This document shows positions 29,245 to 39,636 of a DNA stretch of 64,000 bases, piece after piece; position 1 is the first letter of the stretch; each line of letters begins with the position of its first letter. The notes under the pieces were generated by a model that did no database searches, had not been told where the DNA came from, and saw only the letters and a program-made list of their open reading frames with translations. The stretch comes from Gemmatimonadales bacterium (GTDB lineage Bacteria; Gemmatimonadota; Gemmatimonadetes; Gemmatimonadales; GWC2-71-9): assembly GCA_052389555.1 (NCBI GenBank), contig JBQTHV010000015.1, positions 1,492-65,491 of the forward strand. Reading direction: 5' to 3'. A program made the translations under genes and the position numbers.

Positions 29245-29820
29245 GTGGCCCTGCGCGAGTATCGCCGGAAGCGCCACTTTGGCATAACCCGCGAGCCCAG
29301 TGGGGCCAAGCAACCCCGGAGGGGCCCCCGCCGGATCTTCGTCATCCACCATCACTTCGCCAGCCGCGAGCATTACGATCTTCGCCTCGAGCACCGCGGG
29401 GTCCTCAAGAGCTGGGCGGTGCCGAAGGAACCTGCCACGGAACCGGGAGAAAAGCGTCTGGCGGTCCAGGTCGAGGATCATCCGCTCGAGTACGCGTCAT
29501 TCCGAGGGACCATTCCGGAGGGGCAGTACGGCGCGGGGAAGGTGATGATCTGGGATCGGGGCACCTGGGAACCCGAGGGTAATCCGGGGGAGGGGCTCGA
29601 CCGCGGCAGGCTTTCGTTTCGACTCTCCGGCCGGAAGCTCAAGGGGAATTGGACCCTGGTTCGCATGCGGGGAGACCCCAAGTCAGCGAAGCAGAACTGG
29701 CTTCTGATCAAGCGTGCGGATGAACCTTCAACGGGTAGGACTCGTGCGATCGCCCGACCCCGGGACCCACCCCGGCGCCGCGGCACACGAGTGAAGACAG
29801 GTCGTGCCCGCGCGCGCTAG
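29245..29820 (+). CDS. ligD: LigD 3'-phosphoesterase (PE) domain protein
   Basis: YRRKRHFGITREP, FVIHHHFASREHYDLRLE and WAVPKEP are canonical PE motifs. GTG start. Confidence 0.85.
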   Translation: MALREYRRKRHFGITREPSGAKQPRRGPRRIFVIHHHFASREHYDLRLEHRGVLKSWAVPKEPATEPGEKRLAVQVEDHPLEYASFRGTIPEGQYGAGKVMIWDRGTWEPEGNPGEGLDRGRLSFRLSGRKLKGNWTLVRMRGDPKSAKQNWLLIKRADEPSTGRTRAIARPRDPPRRRGTRVKTGRARAR

Positions 29821-30772
29821 TGCCGCGGGGTTCATCGCCCCGCAGCTGGCGACGCTGGTTCCGGAAGTCCCTCCTGGCCCCGAGTGGCTGCACGAGATCA
29901 AGTTCGACGGATACCGGTTGGAGGGCGTGTTGCGGGACGGGAGAGCCCGGCTCCTGACCCGTCGCGGCCTCGACTGGACCGGCCGGTTTCCGGCGGTGGC
30001 AGAGGCCTGCGCGACGCTTCCGGCGCGGCAGGCTGTGATCGACGGAGAGCTGGTCGCGCTCCTGCCCGACGGGCGTTCCTCGTTTCAGGCCCTTCAACAG
30101 GTGATGATGGGGAAGAAGCCCCGGCGCGTCATCTACTACGTGTTCGATTTGCTCCGCCTCGACGGCAAGGACCTCCGCTCCCTTCCGCTGCTCGAGCGCA
30201 AGCGACGGCTGGCCAGGCTGCTGCGGAAGCGCCGGGGACCAGGCTCGAGAAGGGTGCGCTATTCGGCGCACTTCACGGGTCGCGGTGAGACGGTGCTCCA
30301 GAAGGCCTGCGCCATGGGACTCGAAGGAATCATCGCCAAACGGCGCGACTCGCCCTACCAGAGCCAGCGCACCCGAACCTGGCTCAAGGTCAAGTGCGTC
30401 AACCGGCAGGAATTCGTCGTCCTGGGGTTCACCGAACCGAAGGGCAGCCGCACCGGCCTGGGGGCCCTTCTGCTCGGTGTCTATACTCCCCGGGGGAGAC
30501 TCGAGTACACCGGGAAAGTCGGCACCGGCATGGGCGTGGCGCTGCTCAATCAACTGCGAAGGCGACTGGAGCCGCTGACTCGGGAAGACTCGCCGGTGCC
30601 GGGACCGGTCGAGCGCGGGCTCAAAGGCGTGACCTGGGTAGACCCCAAGCTGGTCGTGGAGGTCGCCTTCACCGAATGGACCGAGGATGGCCGGTTGCGA
30701 CATCCCTCGCTGGTCGGACTGCGCGAGGACAAGCCCGCACGGGAAGTGCGGCGGGAGAAGCCCGCCCGATGA
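29804..30772 (+). CDS. ligD: ATP-dependent DNA ligase (LigD ligase domain)
   Basis: Adenylation motif I EIKFDGYR, GLEGIIAKR and the OB domain. Overlaps the PE ORF by 17 nt in another frame. Confidence 0.9.
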   Translation: MPARASAAGFIAPQLATLVPEVPPGPEWLHEIKFDGYRLEGVLRDGRARLLTRRGLDWTGRFPAVAEACATLPARQAVIDGELVALLPDGRSSFQALQQVMMGKKPRRVIYYVFDLLRLDGKDLRSLPLLERKRRLARLLRKRRGPGSRRVRYSAHFTGRGETVLQKACAMGLEGIIAKRRDSPYQSQRTRTWLKVKCVNRQEFVVLGFTEPKGSRTGLGALLLGVYTPRGRLEYTGKVGTGMGVALLNQLRRRLEPLTREDSPVPGPVERGLKGVTWVDPKLVVEVAFTEWTEDGRLRHPSLVGLREDKPAREVRREKPAR

Positions 30773-31662
30773 CGGCGGTCGCAGGGATCCGGCTCACCAA
30801 TCCGGAACGCGTAGTGTACCCCGAACAGGGGCTCACCAAGCATGATGTGGCCAGCTACTACGAAGCGATCGGGGAATGGATGCTTCCCCACGTCGAGAGG
30901 CGGCCCTTCTCGCTGGTTCGCTGTCCCGCAGGCCGCAAGAAGACCTGTTTCTACCAAAAGCACTGGACCGGCCGGCTCCCCGACGTGGTCAAGATGGTCA
31001 CGATCAAGGAGGCCAGCGGTAGGAGCCGAGACTACACCTACGTCGAGGACGTCTCCGGCCTGGTGGCTCTGGTCCAGAACGGGGTGCTCGAGTTCCACGT
31101 GTGGGGTGCCCGGACTGACCGGATCGAGCAGCCCGATCGGATAGTATTTGATCTCGATCCGTCGCCCGAGGTGAGCTGGATCCGGGTGAAACAGGCGGCC
31201 CGTGAGCTACGGGGTCTCCTGCGCGAGGTTGGCCTCGAGAGCTGGGTCAAGACCACCGGTGGAAAGGGGCTTCACCTCGTCATCCCGCTCACCCGTCAGG
31301 CAAGCTGGAAGCAAGTCGCCGGTTTCGCTCGGCTGGTGGCGTACCGAATGGAACGCCAGGACCCGGAGCACTATATCGCAAAAGCGAGCAAGGCGGCCCG
31401 GCGGGGGAAGATCTTCGTTGACTGGCTTCGCAACACCCGAGGGGCCACCTTCATCGCCCCCTGGTCCACCCGGGCTCGGCCGGGCGCGCCGGTATCTGCG
31501 CCGATCTCATGGGAAGAGCTGTCGCGGCTTAGGACGGGGGATCAGTTCCGGGTGGAGAATGCGGTCTCCCTGGCCCAACGGCGGAAGACTGATCCCTGGG
31601 ACTCGCTCCTCACGGCTCGTCAGCGGCTTCCCCGAGTTTCGAGGAGTCAGGGCGAGGAGTAA
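30769..31662 (+). CDS. ligD: LigD polymerase/primase domain protein
   Basis: LTNPERVVYPE..TKHDVASYY, DRIVFDLDP and KGLHLVIPL (AEP primase-polymerase motifs). ATGA overlap with the ligase ORF. Confidence 0.9.
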   Translation: MTAVAGIRLTNPERVVYPEQGLTKHDVASYYEAIGEWMLPHVERRPFSLVRCPAGRKKTCFYQKHWTGRLPDVVKMVTIKEASGRSRDYTYVEDVSGLVALVQNGVLEFHVWGARTDRIEQPDRIVFDLDPSPEVSWIRVKQAARELRGLLREVGLESWVKTTGGKGLHLVIPLTRQASWKQVAGFARLVAYRMERQDPEHYIAKASKAARRGKIFVDWLRNTRGATFIAPWSTRARPGAPVSAPISWEELSRLRTGDQFRVENAVSLAQRRKTDPWDSLLTARQRLPRVSRSQGEE

Positions 31663-32041
31663 CTCGAGGTTGTACCGGGGTTCCCGGAAGTCGCGCTGAT
31701 TTGTCGTCAGTTCGTCTCTACCACCGCAACTTCATCCGGCTTTTGCAATCAGCAGCCCGCAGACCAGACAGGCGGCTGGGTCCGTGGGATTGGGGATCGG
31801 GAAAATACAGCCACAGGTGTCGCCGTGGACTCTCATAAGCACACCTCCTCGAAGGATTCGTCCATGGCGACTTCCAGAAGCCCCGGCGATACCGACCATC
31901 CAACCAATCGCTTGCTGGTCGGGGGTGGTGAGCCGTCGCCCACCTTCCCCTCGCCGAAGGCTCGCTCCTTCGGGCGGGAGATTATACCGGAAATTTCGAG
32001 GTTCCGCGCCTAGGGGGGGTACCGGTCACTTATATTCTCCC

Positions 32042-32140
32042 GGGGAATCGGGAGTAGGGAACGGGGAATGGGGAATGGGACCTCGCCTTCCCCCATGATC
32101 GCGATTCCCCAAGCCCCATTCCCTATACCCCGGCTTTTTT
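32042..32140. repeat. heptamer-periodic imperfect hairpin (GGGGAAT/CGGGAGT arm vs TTCCCCA/TTCCCTA arm) followed by a T-tract
   Basis: ggggaat cgggagt agggaac ggggaat ggggaat ... attcccca agcccca ttcccta tacccc, then ggctttttt. It ends at the first base of tRNA-Ser. Confidence 0.7.
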
Positions 32141-32227
32141 GGACAGGTGTCCGAGTGGCTGAAGGAGCCGGTCTCGAAAACCGGTATACCCGCAAGGGTA
32201 TCGTGGGTTCGAATCCCACCCTGTCCG
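32141..32227 (+). tRNA. tRNA-Ser (anticodon CGA)
   Basis: Hand-folded cloverleaf. Acceptor ggacagg/cctgtcc, anticodon loop cuCGAaa, long variable arm, T-arm gtggg-ttcgaat-cccac. No encoded CCA. Confidence 0.93.
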
Positions 32228-32230
32228 TCG

Positions 32231-32464
32231 TCACATCCGGTCGCGCAGTCCGGCCAGTCCGAACTCCGCGGCACAATGCGCCGAGCAGAAGAAGTTATTG
32301 TCTGCTTCGGTGCCGTGGCCGATGATCCGCACGCCGCAGTGGGCGCACGCCGGCGCCAGCACGTGGATGGCGCACTCGAAGCAGTCGAACGTATAACGCT
32401 TCCCACCCAGCTGGATCTCGAAGCTCTTGTCGTAGTCGTTACCGCAGCCAGTGCAGACGCCCAT
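32231..32464 (-). CDS. small cysteine-rich (putative metal-binding) protein
   Basis: 77 aa with CxxC...CxxC...CxxC...C patterns (CTGCG, CFEC, CAHCG, CSAHC). Strong SD gaaaggag 7 nt upstream of the ATG. Confidence 0.7.
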   Translation of the reverse strand: MGVCTGCGNDYDKSFEIQLGGKRYTFDCFECAIHVLAPACAHCGVRIIGHGTEADNNFFCSAHCAAEFGLAGLRDRM

Positions 32465-32782
32465 AATCGGTCTCCTTTCTGTCCCGAGGGACGACGCCGG
32501 CGGTGGTCAGCGCACAGACCAAGAGCGCCTGCGGCCCTTCCGGCGCGCTGCTTGCGTCGCGGTGGCGCTGGACCGGTGCTCCGGCCGCTCCTGCCGGTGG
32601 CGTTTCGCGAAAAAAGGCTTGTGGTTGCGGAATTCGGGTTGTGGCTCCGGGTTGCCGGACGCCACGTTCGCGGGGGTCAGATTTGACAGCCGGGCCGGCA
32701 AGATGGTACTAGTTGGCCCGGTCGCGAAGGGTTTCCCGAGCCGGAGATCCTTCGCGTTGCGTTTCCGATCCAAAGGAGATTC

Positions 32783-35380
32783 ATGGGCTCGTTGGTGATT
32801 GTCGAATCGCCGACCAAGGCACGCACGATCAAGGAGTTCCTGCCCCGCGGCTACAAGGTGGCCGCGTCGATGGGGCACGTGCGCGATCTGCCCGACAAGG
32901 CCGCGGACATCCCGCCTCGCTACAAGGGCCAGGAGTGGGCCCGGCTGGGGGTAAACGTCGCGAAAGACTTCGAGCCCCTCTACGTCATCCCGGCGGACAA
33001 GAAGAAGGTCGTGAAGGAGCTCAAGGAGGCCCTCAAGAATGCCGACGAGCTGCTCCTCGCCACCGATGAGGACCGCGAGGGCGAGAGCATCTCGTGGCAC
33101 CTCAGTCAGGTGCTCGCCCCCAAAGTCCCGGTGCGCCGGATGGTGTTCCACGAGATCACCCGCGAGGCCATCCGCGAGGCGCTGGGATCGCCCCGCAAGC
33201 TCGATCAGAAGCTGGTGCGCGCCCAGGAAACCCGGCGAATTCTGGATCGCCTCTATGGCTACACCCTCTCCCCGCTGCTTTGGAAGAAGATCGCGTACGG
33301 TCTCTCGGCGGGACGGGTGCAATCGGTCGCGGTGCGCTTGCTGGTGCAACGGGAACGAGAGCGGCGCGCGTTTCACGCCGCTACCTACTGGGATCTGCGC
33401 GCGCATCTTCGCCACGATGAGCAGGGTTTCGATGCCGACCTGGTCGCGGTCCAGGGCGTCAGGGTAGCGAGCGGAAAGGACTTTGACGAGCGGACCGGCA
33501 AGCTGGCCGACCCGAGGAAGGTGGTGCTGCTCGATGAGGCCAGGGCTCAGGACCTTCGCAAGCGGCTCCTCAAGCTGGCGTGGACGGTCGCCTCGAGCGA
33601 AGAGAAGCCGGGGATCCGGCGCCCCGCGGCACCGTTCACGACCTCCACGCTGCAGCAGGAGGCCAATCGCAAACTCCGGCTCTCGGCGCGCGAAACGATG
33701 TCCGTCGCGCAGAGCCTCTACGAGCATGGCTATATCACCTACATGCGGACCGATTCGGTCAATCTGTCGTCGCAGGCAATTGCCGCTGCACGCGAATCGA
33801 TCCAGCGGTTATACGGGAAAGAGTTTCTTCCTCCCAAGCCGCGCCACTACACCGCCAAGAACGTCCACGTGCAGGAGGCCCACGAGGCGATTCGCCCGGC
33901 CGGTTCGTCTTTCCGGCGTCCCGAGGAAACCAAGCTCAAGGGCCGGGAGCGCGGTCTCTACGACCTGATCTGGAAACGGACCGTCGCGTCCCAGATGACC
34001 GACGCGAGAATCACCAGCCTGGTGGTGACCCTGGAGGTGGGAGATGCCACGTTCCGGGCCACCGGAAAGCGGATCGACTTTCCCGGGTTCCTCCGCGCGT
34101 ACGTGGAGGGCAGCGACGACCCCGAAGCCGCGCTGGAAGATCAGGAGGTCCTGATCCCGCATCTCGAAGTCGGCGATCGCCCCACCTGCACCGGCATCGA
34201 GGCGCTGTCTCACCAGACCCAGCCCCCGCCGCGCTTTACCGAAGCGAGCCTGGTGCGCGAGCTCGAGGCCGATGGCGTCGGGCGGCCGAGTACCTATGCC
34301 AGCATCATCGGCACGATCATCGAGCGCGGGTATGTGCAGAAGCAGGGTCAGGCACTGGTGCCGACCTTCACGGCCTTCGCGGTCACCGCGCTGCTGGAGC
34401 ACCATTTCCCGAAGCTCGTGGATCTCAAGTTCACCGCCCGGATGGAGCAGAGTCTCGACGACATCGCGGAAGGCCACGCGGAGTGGCTCCCTTACTTGCG
34501 CAAGTTCTACCTCGGTAAGGAGGGGCTCCGCAGCCAAGTGGCGCACCGGGACAAGGGGATTGATCCGGTCGAGGCCCGTGCGGTCGCGATGAACGGCCTG
34601 CCTGACACCACGATTCGCATTGGGCGGTTCGGGCCCTACGTCGAAGTCCAGGAGGATGGAGAGGTGCTTCGCGCTTCACTTCCGAAAGATGCCGCCCCTG
34701 CCGACCTCACGACCGAGCAGATCGAGGAGATTCTTCGCCAGAAGCAGGAAGGCCCCGACGTGCTGGGCCATCATCCCGAGACCCGCGAGCCGATTCTGCT
34801 GCTGAGTGGGCAGTATGGTCCCTACGTCCAGCTCGGTCAGGTCACCGACGACAACCCCAAGCCGAAACGGGCCAGTATTCCCAAGGGCATGAAACCGGAG
34901 GAGGTCACCCTTCCGGTCGCGTTGGGGTTGTTATCGCTGCCGCGGTTGCTCGGCGCCCATCCCGACGGGGGAAAGGTGTACGCGGGGCAGGGCCGATTCG
35001 GCCCCTACCTCGTCCATCACCGTCCGGCGGCCGCGGGCGGCGGGAAAGAGTATCGCTCCCTCAAAGGCGACGACCATGTCCTCGCGATCAAGCTGGCCCG
35101 CGCCCTGGAGCTCCTGGCGCAGCCCAAGCAGGCTCGAGGCCGGCGGCCTGGCCCCGCGCCACTTCGGGAGATCGGTCCTCACCCCGCCGACCAAAAGCCG
35201 GTTGCGATCTATACCGGTGTGTATGGGCCCTACCTGAAGCACGGCACGGTGAGCGCGTCGATTCCGAAGGGACGCGACCCTAACACGGTAACCTTGGCGG
35301 AGGCAGTCGAGCTGCTCGCGGCTCGTCGAGCCAGGACCCCGGCCCGCCGCCGCGCGCGACCGGCCCGGGCCACGAGGTAG
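32783..35380 (+). CDS. topA: DNA topoisomerase I
   Basis: Toprim N-terminus [10 protein letters not shown], active-site [10 protein letters not shown] and a Lys/Arg-rich C-terminal domain. SD aaaggag. Confidence 0.97.
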   Translation: MGSLVIVESPTKARTIKEFLPRGYKVAASMGHVRDLPDKAADIPPRYKGQEWARLGVNVAKDFEPLYVIPADKKKVVKELKEALKNADELLLATDEDREGESISWHLSQVLAPKVPVRRMVFHEITREAIREALGSPRKLDQKLVRAQETRRILDRLYGYTLSPLLWKKIAYGLSAGRVQSVAVRLLVQRERERRAFHAATYWDLRAHLRHDEQGFDADLVAVQGVRVASGKDFDERTGKLADPRKVVLLDEARAQDLRKRLLKLAWTVASSEEKPGIRRPAAPFTTSTLQQEANRKLRLSARETMSVAQSLYEHGYITYMRTDSVNLSSQAIAAARESIQRLYGKEFLPPKPRHYTAKNVHVQEAHEAIRPAGSSFRRPEETKLKGRERGLYDLIWKRTVASQMTDARITSLVVTLEVGDATFRATGKRIDFPGFLRAYVEGSDDPEAALEDQEVLIPHLEVGDRPTCTGIEALSHQTQPPPRFTEASLVRELEADGVGRPSTYASIIGTIIERGYVQKQGQALVPTFTAFAVTALLEHHFPKLVDLKFTARMEQSLDDIAEGHAEWLPYLRKFYLGKEGLRSQVAHRDKGIDPVEARAVAMNGLPDTTIRIGRFGPYVEVQEDGEVLRASLPKDAAPADLTTEQIEEILRQKQEGPDVLGHHPETREPILLLSGQYGPYVQLGQVTDDNPKPKRASIPKGMKPEEVTLPVALGLLSLPRLLGAHPDGGKVYAGQGRFGPYLVHHRPAAAGGGKEYRSLKGDDHVLAIKLARALELLAQPKQARGRRPGPAPLREIGPHPADQKPVAIYTGVYGPYLKHGTVSASIPKGRDPNTVTLAEAVELLAARRARTPARRRARPARATR

Positions 35381-35382
35381 GC

Positions 35383-38034
35383 ATGGGCACGTTGGTCCAG
35401 TGGATCAACGACTCCTTCCGGCGGAGAATCGCGGTCGTCCTGTCCGGACTCTCGCTGGGCCTGGGCGCCGGCATCCTCATCATCTCGTATTTCCAGGTCG
35501 TCGGGATCATCCGGGGACTCGCGTCGCAGCGACTCCGCCTGATGGGCCAGCAGTTGGCTCCCCTGCTGGCCCGCGGGCCGCAGGAGGTCAAGACGCGGGT
35601 TGCCCGGGTCGCGAGAGATTCGGCCCTCGTGCGATTTGTCGCCAGCAAGGGCGAGACGGGCCATTCCATGGTGGCCCGCCTGCTCCGGCAGGAATTTCCG
35701 CCGGAGGATCGCATCGCGCTGGCTATCCTGGATGCTGAGGGCGTGCTGCTCTTCGGCCGGCAGGGCGATAAGGTCGGCGGATGGATCGGTCCCCCGCCGT
35801 CGGTGACGGATGCCAGTCCCGATTCGGCGACCATCGGCCCGTACTTCAAGCTCAACGACACGACGCTCTATTACGAGACGCGCGCCCCGATCCGCCAGGG
35901 AGAGGAAGTGGCTGGGTATCTAGTGCGGCGCCAGCGAAACGCCCTTACCCAGAGTGCCCGTGCCATGGTGGCGGTGCTCCTCGGTGAGGGAACCGACTTC
36001 ATGGTGGGAAGCCCGGCGACGGAGGTGTGGACGGATCTGGCGCGCATCGTTCCGGCTCCGCCCCGCGCACTCAAGCTCGGCGAGACCACCTGGTACCCGT
36101 GGGGAGATCAGAAGGTCCTCGCCCTCGCCGCACCACTCGCCGGAACGCCACTCGTCCAAGTCGTCCGAGTCGCCGAACCGACGATGCTCGCGCCGGCCCG
36201 CCAGTACCTGCGTCGCGGGATGTTCATCGCTGGCATGGTCGTCCTGGTCGGCACCGTGAGCGGAATCGCGTTGGGCCGGACGCTGGCGCGACCGATCCAG
36301 CACGTGACGTCCATCACCGAGCAAATCGCGACCGCCGAGGATCCTTCCCGGGTCAGCGAGGAAGCTCCGGGGGAAGTCGGCCGCCTGGCGCACGCGTTCA
36401 ACGCGATGGTCGACCGGGTAGCCTCCTCGACGCGCCGGCTGCGCGACAATGAGGCGAGCTATCGGGCGTTCGTCGCCCACGCCCCCGAAGGAATCTGGCG
36501 GGTGGAGTTCGTCCCCGCGGCGCCGGTGGGGTTGGCGCCTTCGGTGCAGGTCGACTCCTGGTACCGGCTCGCGCCCCTGGCGGAGTGCAATGCGGCGCTC
36601 GCCCGGATGTGCGGCCTCGAGGTCACCGGCGAAGTTATGATGGTTCCGCTCCAGCAACTCTTTCCCAGAGAAGACCCGGCGGTCCAGCGGGTCCTCCGCG
36701 ACTTCGTGGCGGGTGGGTATCGCGCCACCGGCGGCGTCGAGCTCAGCTTGGTGCAGGACGAGAGCCACCGGATCTTCGTGAACAGCCTGATCGGGATTGT
36801 CGAAGGGGGCGGGTTACGGCGCATCTGGGGCACCCGCCGCGACATCACGATCGAGCGGCTGCTCGACGAACGGCTGGCCCAGACCGATCGGATGGAAGCG
36901 ATCGGGCGGCTCGCCGGCGGCATCGCTCACGATTTCAATAATCTGCTCACCGCCATCCTGGGTTACGCGGAATCGCTGCAGGAACGCCACGGGGCCGACC
37001 CGGCCGCCCAGGAAGACGTGAACGAGATCAGCCGGATCTCCCTGCGCGCGTCGGAGTTAACCCGCCAGCTCCTGGCGTTCAGCCGCGGTCAGGTGCTGCG
37101 GCCCATTCTGATCGACCTCAACGCCGTCGTGCGCTCCGCCGAGGGACTCTTGCGCCGGGTAATCGGCGAAGACATCGACCTCCGGCTCCAGCTTGCCGAG
37201 GCGCTGGACGCGATCGAAGCCGACCCGGGGCAGATCGAGCGCGTACTCATGAATCTCGTCGTCAACGCCCGCGACGCGATGCCCGACGGCGGCGTGCTGG
37301 AGCTGCGCACCGCTCCGGCTGCCATCGACAAAGACCACGCCGGCACTCGGCCGGGACTGTCGCCCGGGTCGTACGTCACGCTCGCGGTCAGCGATTCCGG
37401 CGTGGGCATGCCTCCCGGAGTGCGCGAGCGCATCTTCGAGCCGTTTTTCTCCACCAAGCCGAAGGGGAAGGGAACCGGGCTCGGACTCTCCACCGTCTAT
37501 GGTATCGTGCGGCAGAGTGGGGGCGACATTTCGGTGTACAGCGAGCTCGGACAGGGGACCACCTTCCGCATCTACCTGCCGGTGAAAGGCAAAGTGGCCC
37601 CCGGGCCGGAGCATGTGGAGGGTGGTCCGGTCACCGGCCTCCACACCGGCGGGGGCGGGAACGAAACCATTCTGGTCGTGGAAGACGAAGCGCCGGTGCG
37701 CGAGGTCACTCGCCGCGCCCTGGCCGGCGTGGGCTACTCGGTGATCGTGGCGCGGGACGGCAAGGAAGCCTTGGAGATCGAGTCCCGGCAGTCGCATCCA
37801 ATCGATCTCGTGCTCACCGACATGATCTTGCCGGGAATGAGCGGACGGGATCTCGCCGCGGAGCTGCGGCGCCGCCGTCCCGAGATCCGGCTCATCGTGA
37901 TGTCCGGATACACCGGCGACAACTACCCCGCCTTCGAAGGCCTGCCGGTTGAGGTGGGCTATCTGGAGAAGCCGTTCTCGCTCGTGGACCTGAGGACGAA
38001 GGTTCGGGAAGTGCTGGACCGCCCCGCGGCCTAA
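35383..38034 (+). CDS. hybrid sensor histidine kinase/response regulator
   Basis: TM plus sensor region, HAMP and PAS. H-box GGIAHDFNNLL, N/G boxes (NLVVNARDAM, GTGLGLS) and C-terminal REC (DLVLTDMILPGMSG). Confidence 0.9.
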   Translation: MGTLVQWINDSFRRRIAVVLSGLSLGLGAGILIISYFQVVGIIRGLASQRLRLMGQQLAPLLARGPQEVKTRVARVARDSALVRFVASKGETGHSMVARLLRQEFPPEDRIALAILDAEGVLLFGRQGDKVGGWIGPPPSVTDASPDSATIGPYFKLNDTTLYYETRAPIRQGEEVAGYLVRRQRNALTQSARAMVAVLLGEGTDFMVGSPATEVWTDLARIVPAPPRALKLGETTWYPWGDQKVLALAAPLAGTPLVQVVRVAEPTMLAPARQYLRRGMFIAGMVVLVGTVSGIALGRTLARPIQHVTSITEQIATAEDPSRVSEEAPGEVGRLAHAFNAMVDRVASSTRRLRDNEASYRAFVAHAPEGIWRVEFVPAAPVGLAPSVQVDSWYRLAPLAECNAALARMCGLEVTGEVMMVPLQQLFPREDPAVQRVLRDFVAGGYRATGGVELSLVQDESHRIFVNSLIGIVEGGGLRRIWGTRRDITIERLLDERLAQTDRMEAIGRLAGGIAHDFNNLLTAILGYAESLQERHGADPAAQEDVNEISRISLRASELTRQLLAFSRGQVLRPILIDLNAVVRSAEGLLRRVIGEDIDLRLQLAEALDAIEADPGQIERVLMNLVVNARDAMPDGGVLELRTAPAAIDKDHAGTRPGLSPGSYVTLAVSDSGVGMPPGVRERIFEPFFSTKPKGKGTGLGLSTVYGIVRQSGGDISVYSELGQGTTFRIYLPVKGKVAPGPEHVEGGPVTGLHTGGGGNETILVVEDEAPVREVTRRALAGVGYSVIVARDGKEALEIESRQSHPIDLVLTDMILPGMSGRDLAAELRRRRPEIRLIVMSGYTGDNYPAFEGLPVEVGYLEKPFSLVDLRTKVREVLDRPAA

Positions 38035-39434
38035 AGCAGGGTTCCTCGCAGAAGCATCGCGGCGATACTGAAGTAGATCACGACCCCGGCCACGTCCACC
38101 AGCGTGGCCACGAACGGAGCCGACGCGCTCGCGGGATCGAATCCCATTCGCTTGAGCGCAAATGGCAGCATCGAGCCCGCGATCGAGCCGAAGGTGACCA
38201 CGCCGAGCAACGTAGTCCCGATGGTGATGGCGAGCGGTACCCAGTAGGGCCCGAAGTCGTACCAGCCGAACACCTGCCACACCACGACGCGGAGTACTCC
38301 GATCAGCCCGAGGATTGCCCCCAACGCCGCTCCGGTGGGGAGCTCGCGCATCGCGACCCGCCACCAGTCCTTGAGCGTCACTTCCTCCAGGGCGATGGCT
38401 CGAATCATGAGTGAGGTTGCTTGAGAGCCGGAGTTGCCTCCCGAGCTGATGATCAGGGGGATGAACAGGGCCAGCACGACCGCCGTCGCGAGCTCGTCCT
38501 GGAAGCGCGACATGGCCGTGGCCGTGAGCATTTCCCCGAGGAACAGCACGGAGAGCCAGCCGACCCGTTTCTTCACCATCGCCCCAAGGGCGGTCTCCTT
38601 GTACGGGAGCTCGATCGCCGCCATGCCGCCGAACTTCTGCACGTCCTCGGTTTCTTCCTGCACGATCGCGTCGATCACGTCGTCGACGGTCACGATGCCG
38701 AGGAGCTGGTTCCGGTCATCCACCACCGGAATCGCGAGCAGGTTGTATTTGCTGATGAGCCGCGCCACCTCCTCGCGATCCACGTGCGGTCCGACGCTCA
38801 ATACCCGGCGGCTGGTACCGACCTGGCCCACCGGCGTTGCCGGATCGGCCATCACGAGCTCCCGGAGGCTCACGACATGGATCAACTCTTTGGTGGCCGG
38901 ATCGGTCACGTACATCGCATAGACCGTCTCTTTACGGCCTCCGACCTGGCGCACGTGGGCCAGGGTCTGCCCGGCGGTCCAGTCGGCCGGAACGCTGACC
39001 AGCTCGGTGGTCATGATGCCGCCGGCAGTTTCCGGCTCATACTGCAGCAGGAGCCGGAGGGATTCCCGGGTTTCGCGGGTTAGGGCGGAAAGCAGCCGGG
39101 AGCGGTCAGCCAGGGCCAGCTCGCGAAACAGGTCGGCCTGCTGGTCGGCGGACATCGCATCGATGAGATCGGCGGCGTCGCGATCCGCCAGCTTCGCGAT
39201 GATGGCGGCCCGGTCGCCCACCAGCTCGGGCTCGTCGAAGATCTGGACTGCGAGATCGAAGGGCAGGGCAGCCATGACCTTGGCCGCCGCGGCCGGCTCG
39301 AGCTCGCGCAATGCCTCGGCCACGTCGGCCGGCTGCATGTCCTTGAGCACCGCGGCCAACTCCACGGGATCCCCGCAGAGGAGGTACAACAGCTCGGGGG
39401 TCGGTTTGACGTTCTCGTCGAGGCTCGGCGTCAT
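38031..39434 (-). CDS. mgtE: magnesium transporter MgtE
   Basis: MgtE N-domain, tandem CBS and a C-terminal 5-TM domain (GGNSGSQ). Convergent 4-nt overlap with the kinase gene. Confidence 0.95.
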   Translation of the reverse strand: MTPSLDENVKPTPELLYLLCGDPVELAAVLKDMQPADVAEALRELEPAAAAKVMAALPFDLAVQIFDEPELVGDRAAIIAKLADRDAADLIDAMSADQQADLFRELALADRSRLLSALTRETRESLRLLLQYEPETAGGIMTTELVSVPADWTAGQTLAHVRQVGGRKETVYAMYVTDPATKELIHVVSLRELVMADPATPVGQVGTSRRVLSVGPHVDREEVARLISKYNLLAIPVVDDRNQLLGIVTVDDVIDAIVQEETEDVQKFGGMAAIELPYKETALGAMVKKRVGWLSVLFLGEMLTATAMSRFQDELATAVVLALFIPLIISSGGNSGSQATSLMIRAIALEEVTLKDWWRVAMRELPTGAALGAILGLIGVLRVVVWQVFGWYDFGPYWVPLAITIGTTLLGVVTFGSIAGSMLPFALKRMGFDPASASAPFVATLVDVAGVVIYFSIAAMLLRGTLL

Positions 39435-39536
39435 GGCACCTCCCTAGACCGGCGCCCGAAAGTACAACGTCATCTGCCTCAAGGTCAGTCCCCGCGCGTT
39501 GCCCGAGCGCTGCTGGCTGCCTAACTTGCCCCTCAA

Positions 39537-39624
39537 GGACAGATGGCCGAGCGGCTTAAGGCGCACGCCTGGAGAGCGTGTATACCTCAAAAGGGTGTCG
39601 AGGGTTCGAATCCCTCTCTGTCCG
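39537..39624 (+). tRNA. tRNA-Ser (anticodon GGA)
   Basis: Hand-folded. Acceptor ggacaga/tctgtcc, anticodon loop cuGGAga, long variable arm, T-arm gaggg-ttcgaat-ccctc. Confidence 0.93.
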
Positions 39625-39636
39625 TGGGGCAGGAGC

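Noticed and set aside
32465-32782. 115-aa and 69-aa + strand ORFs (32451-32798, 32503-32712) in the gap upstream of topA.
   Set aside because: They have no SD and no motifs, and they overlap the divergent promoter region between the Cys-rich gene and topA. topA has its own strong SD at 32770. A TTGACA at about 32686 may be its -35, but the -10 is weak, so no promoter was called.
39435-39536. M-box (Mg2+) riboswitch in the mgtE leader.
   Set aside because: Only about 100 nt are available before the oppositely oriented tRNA gene, which is shorter than an M-box aptamer. No conserved M-box segments were recognised.
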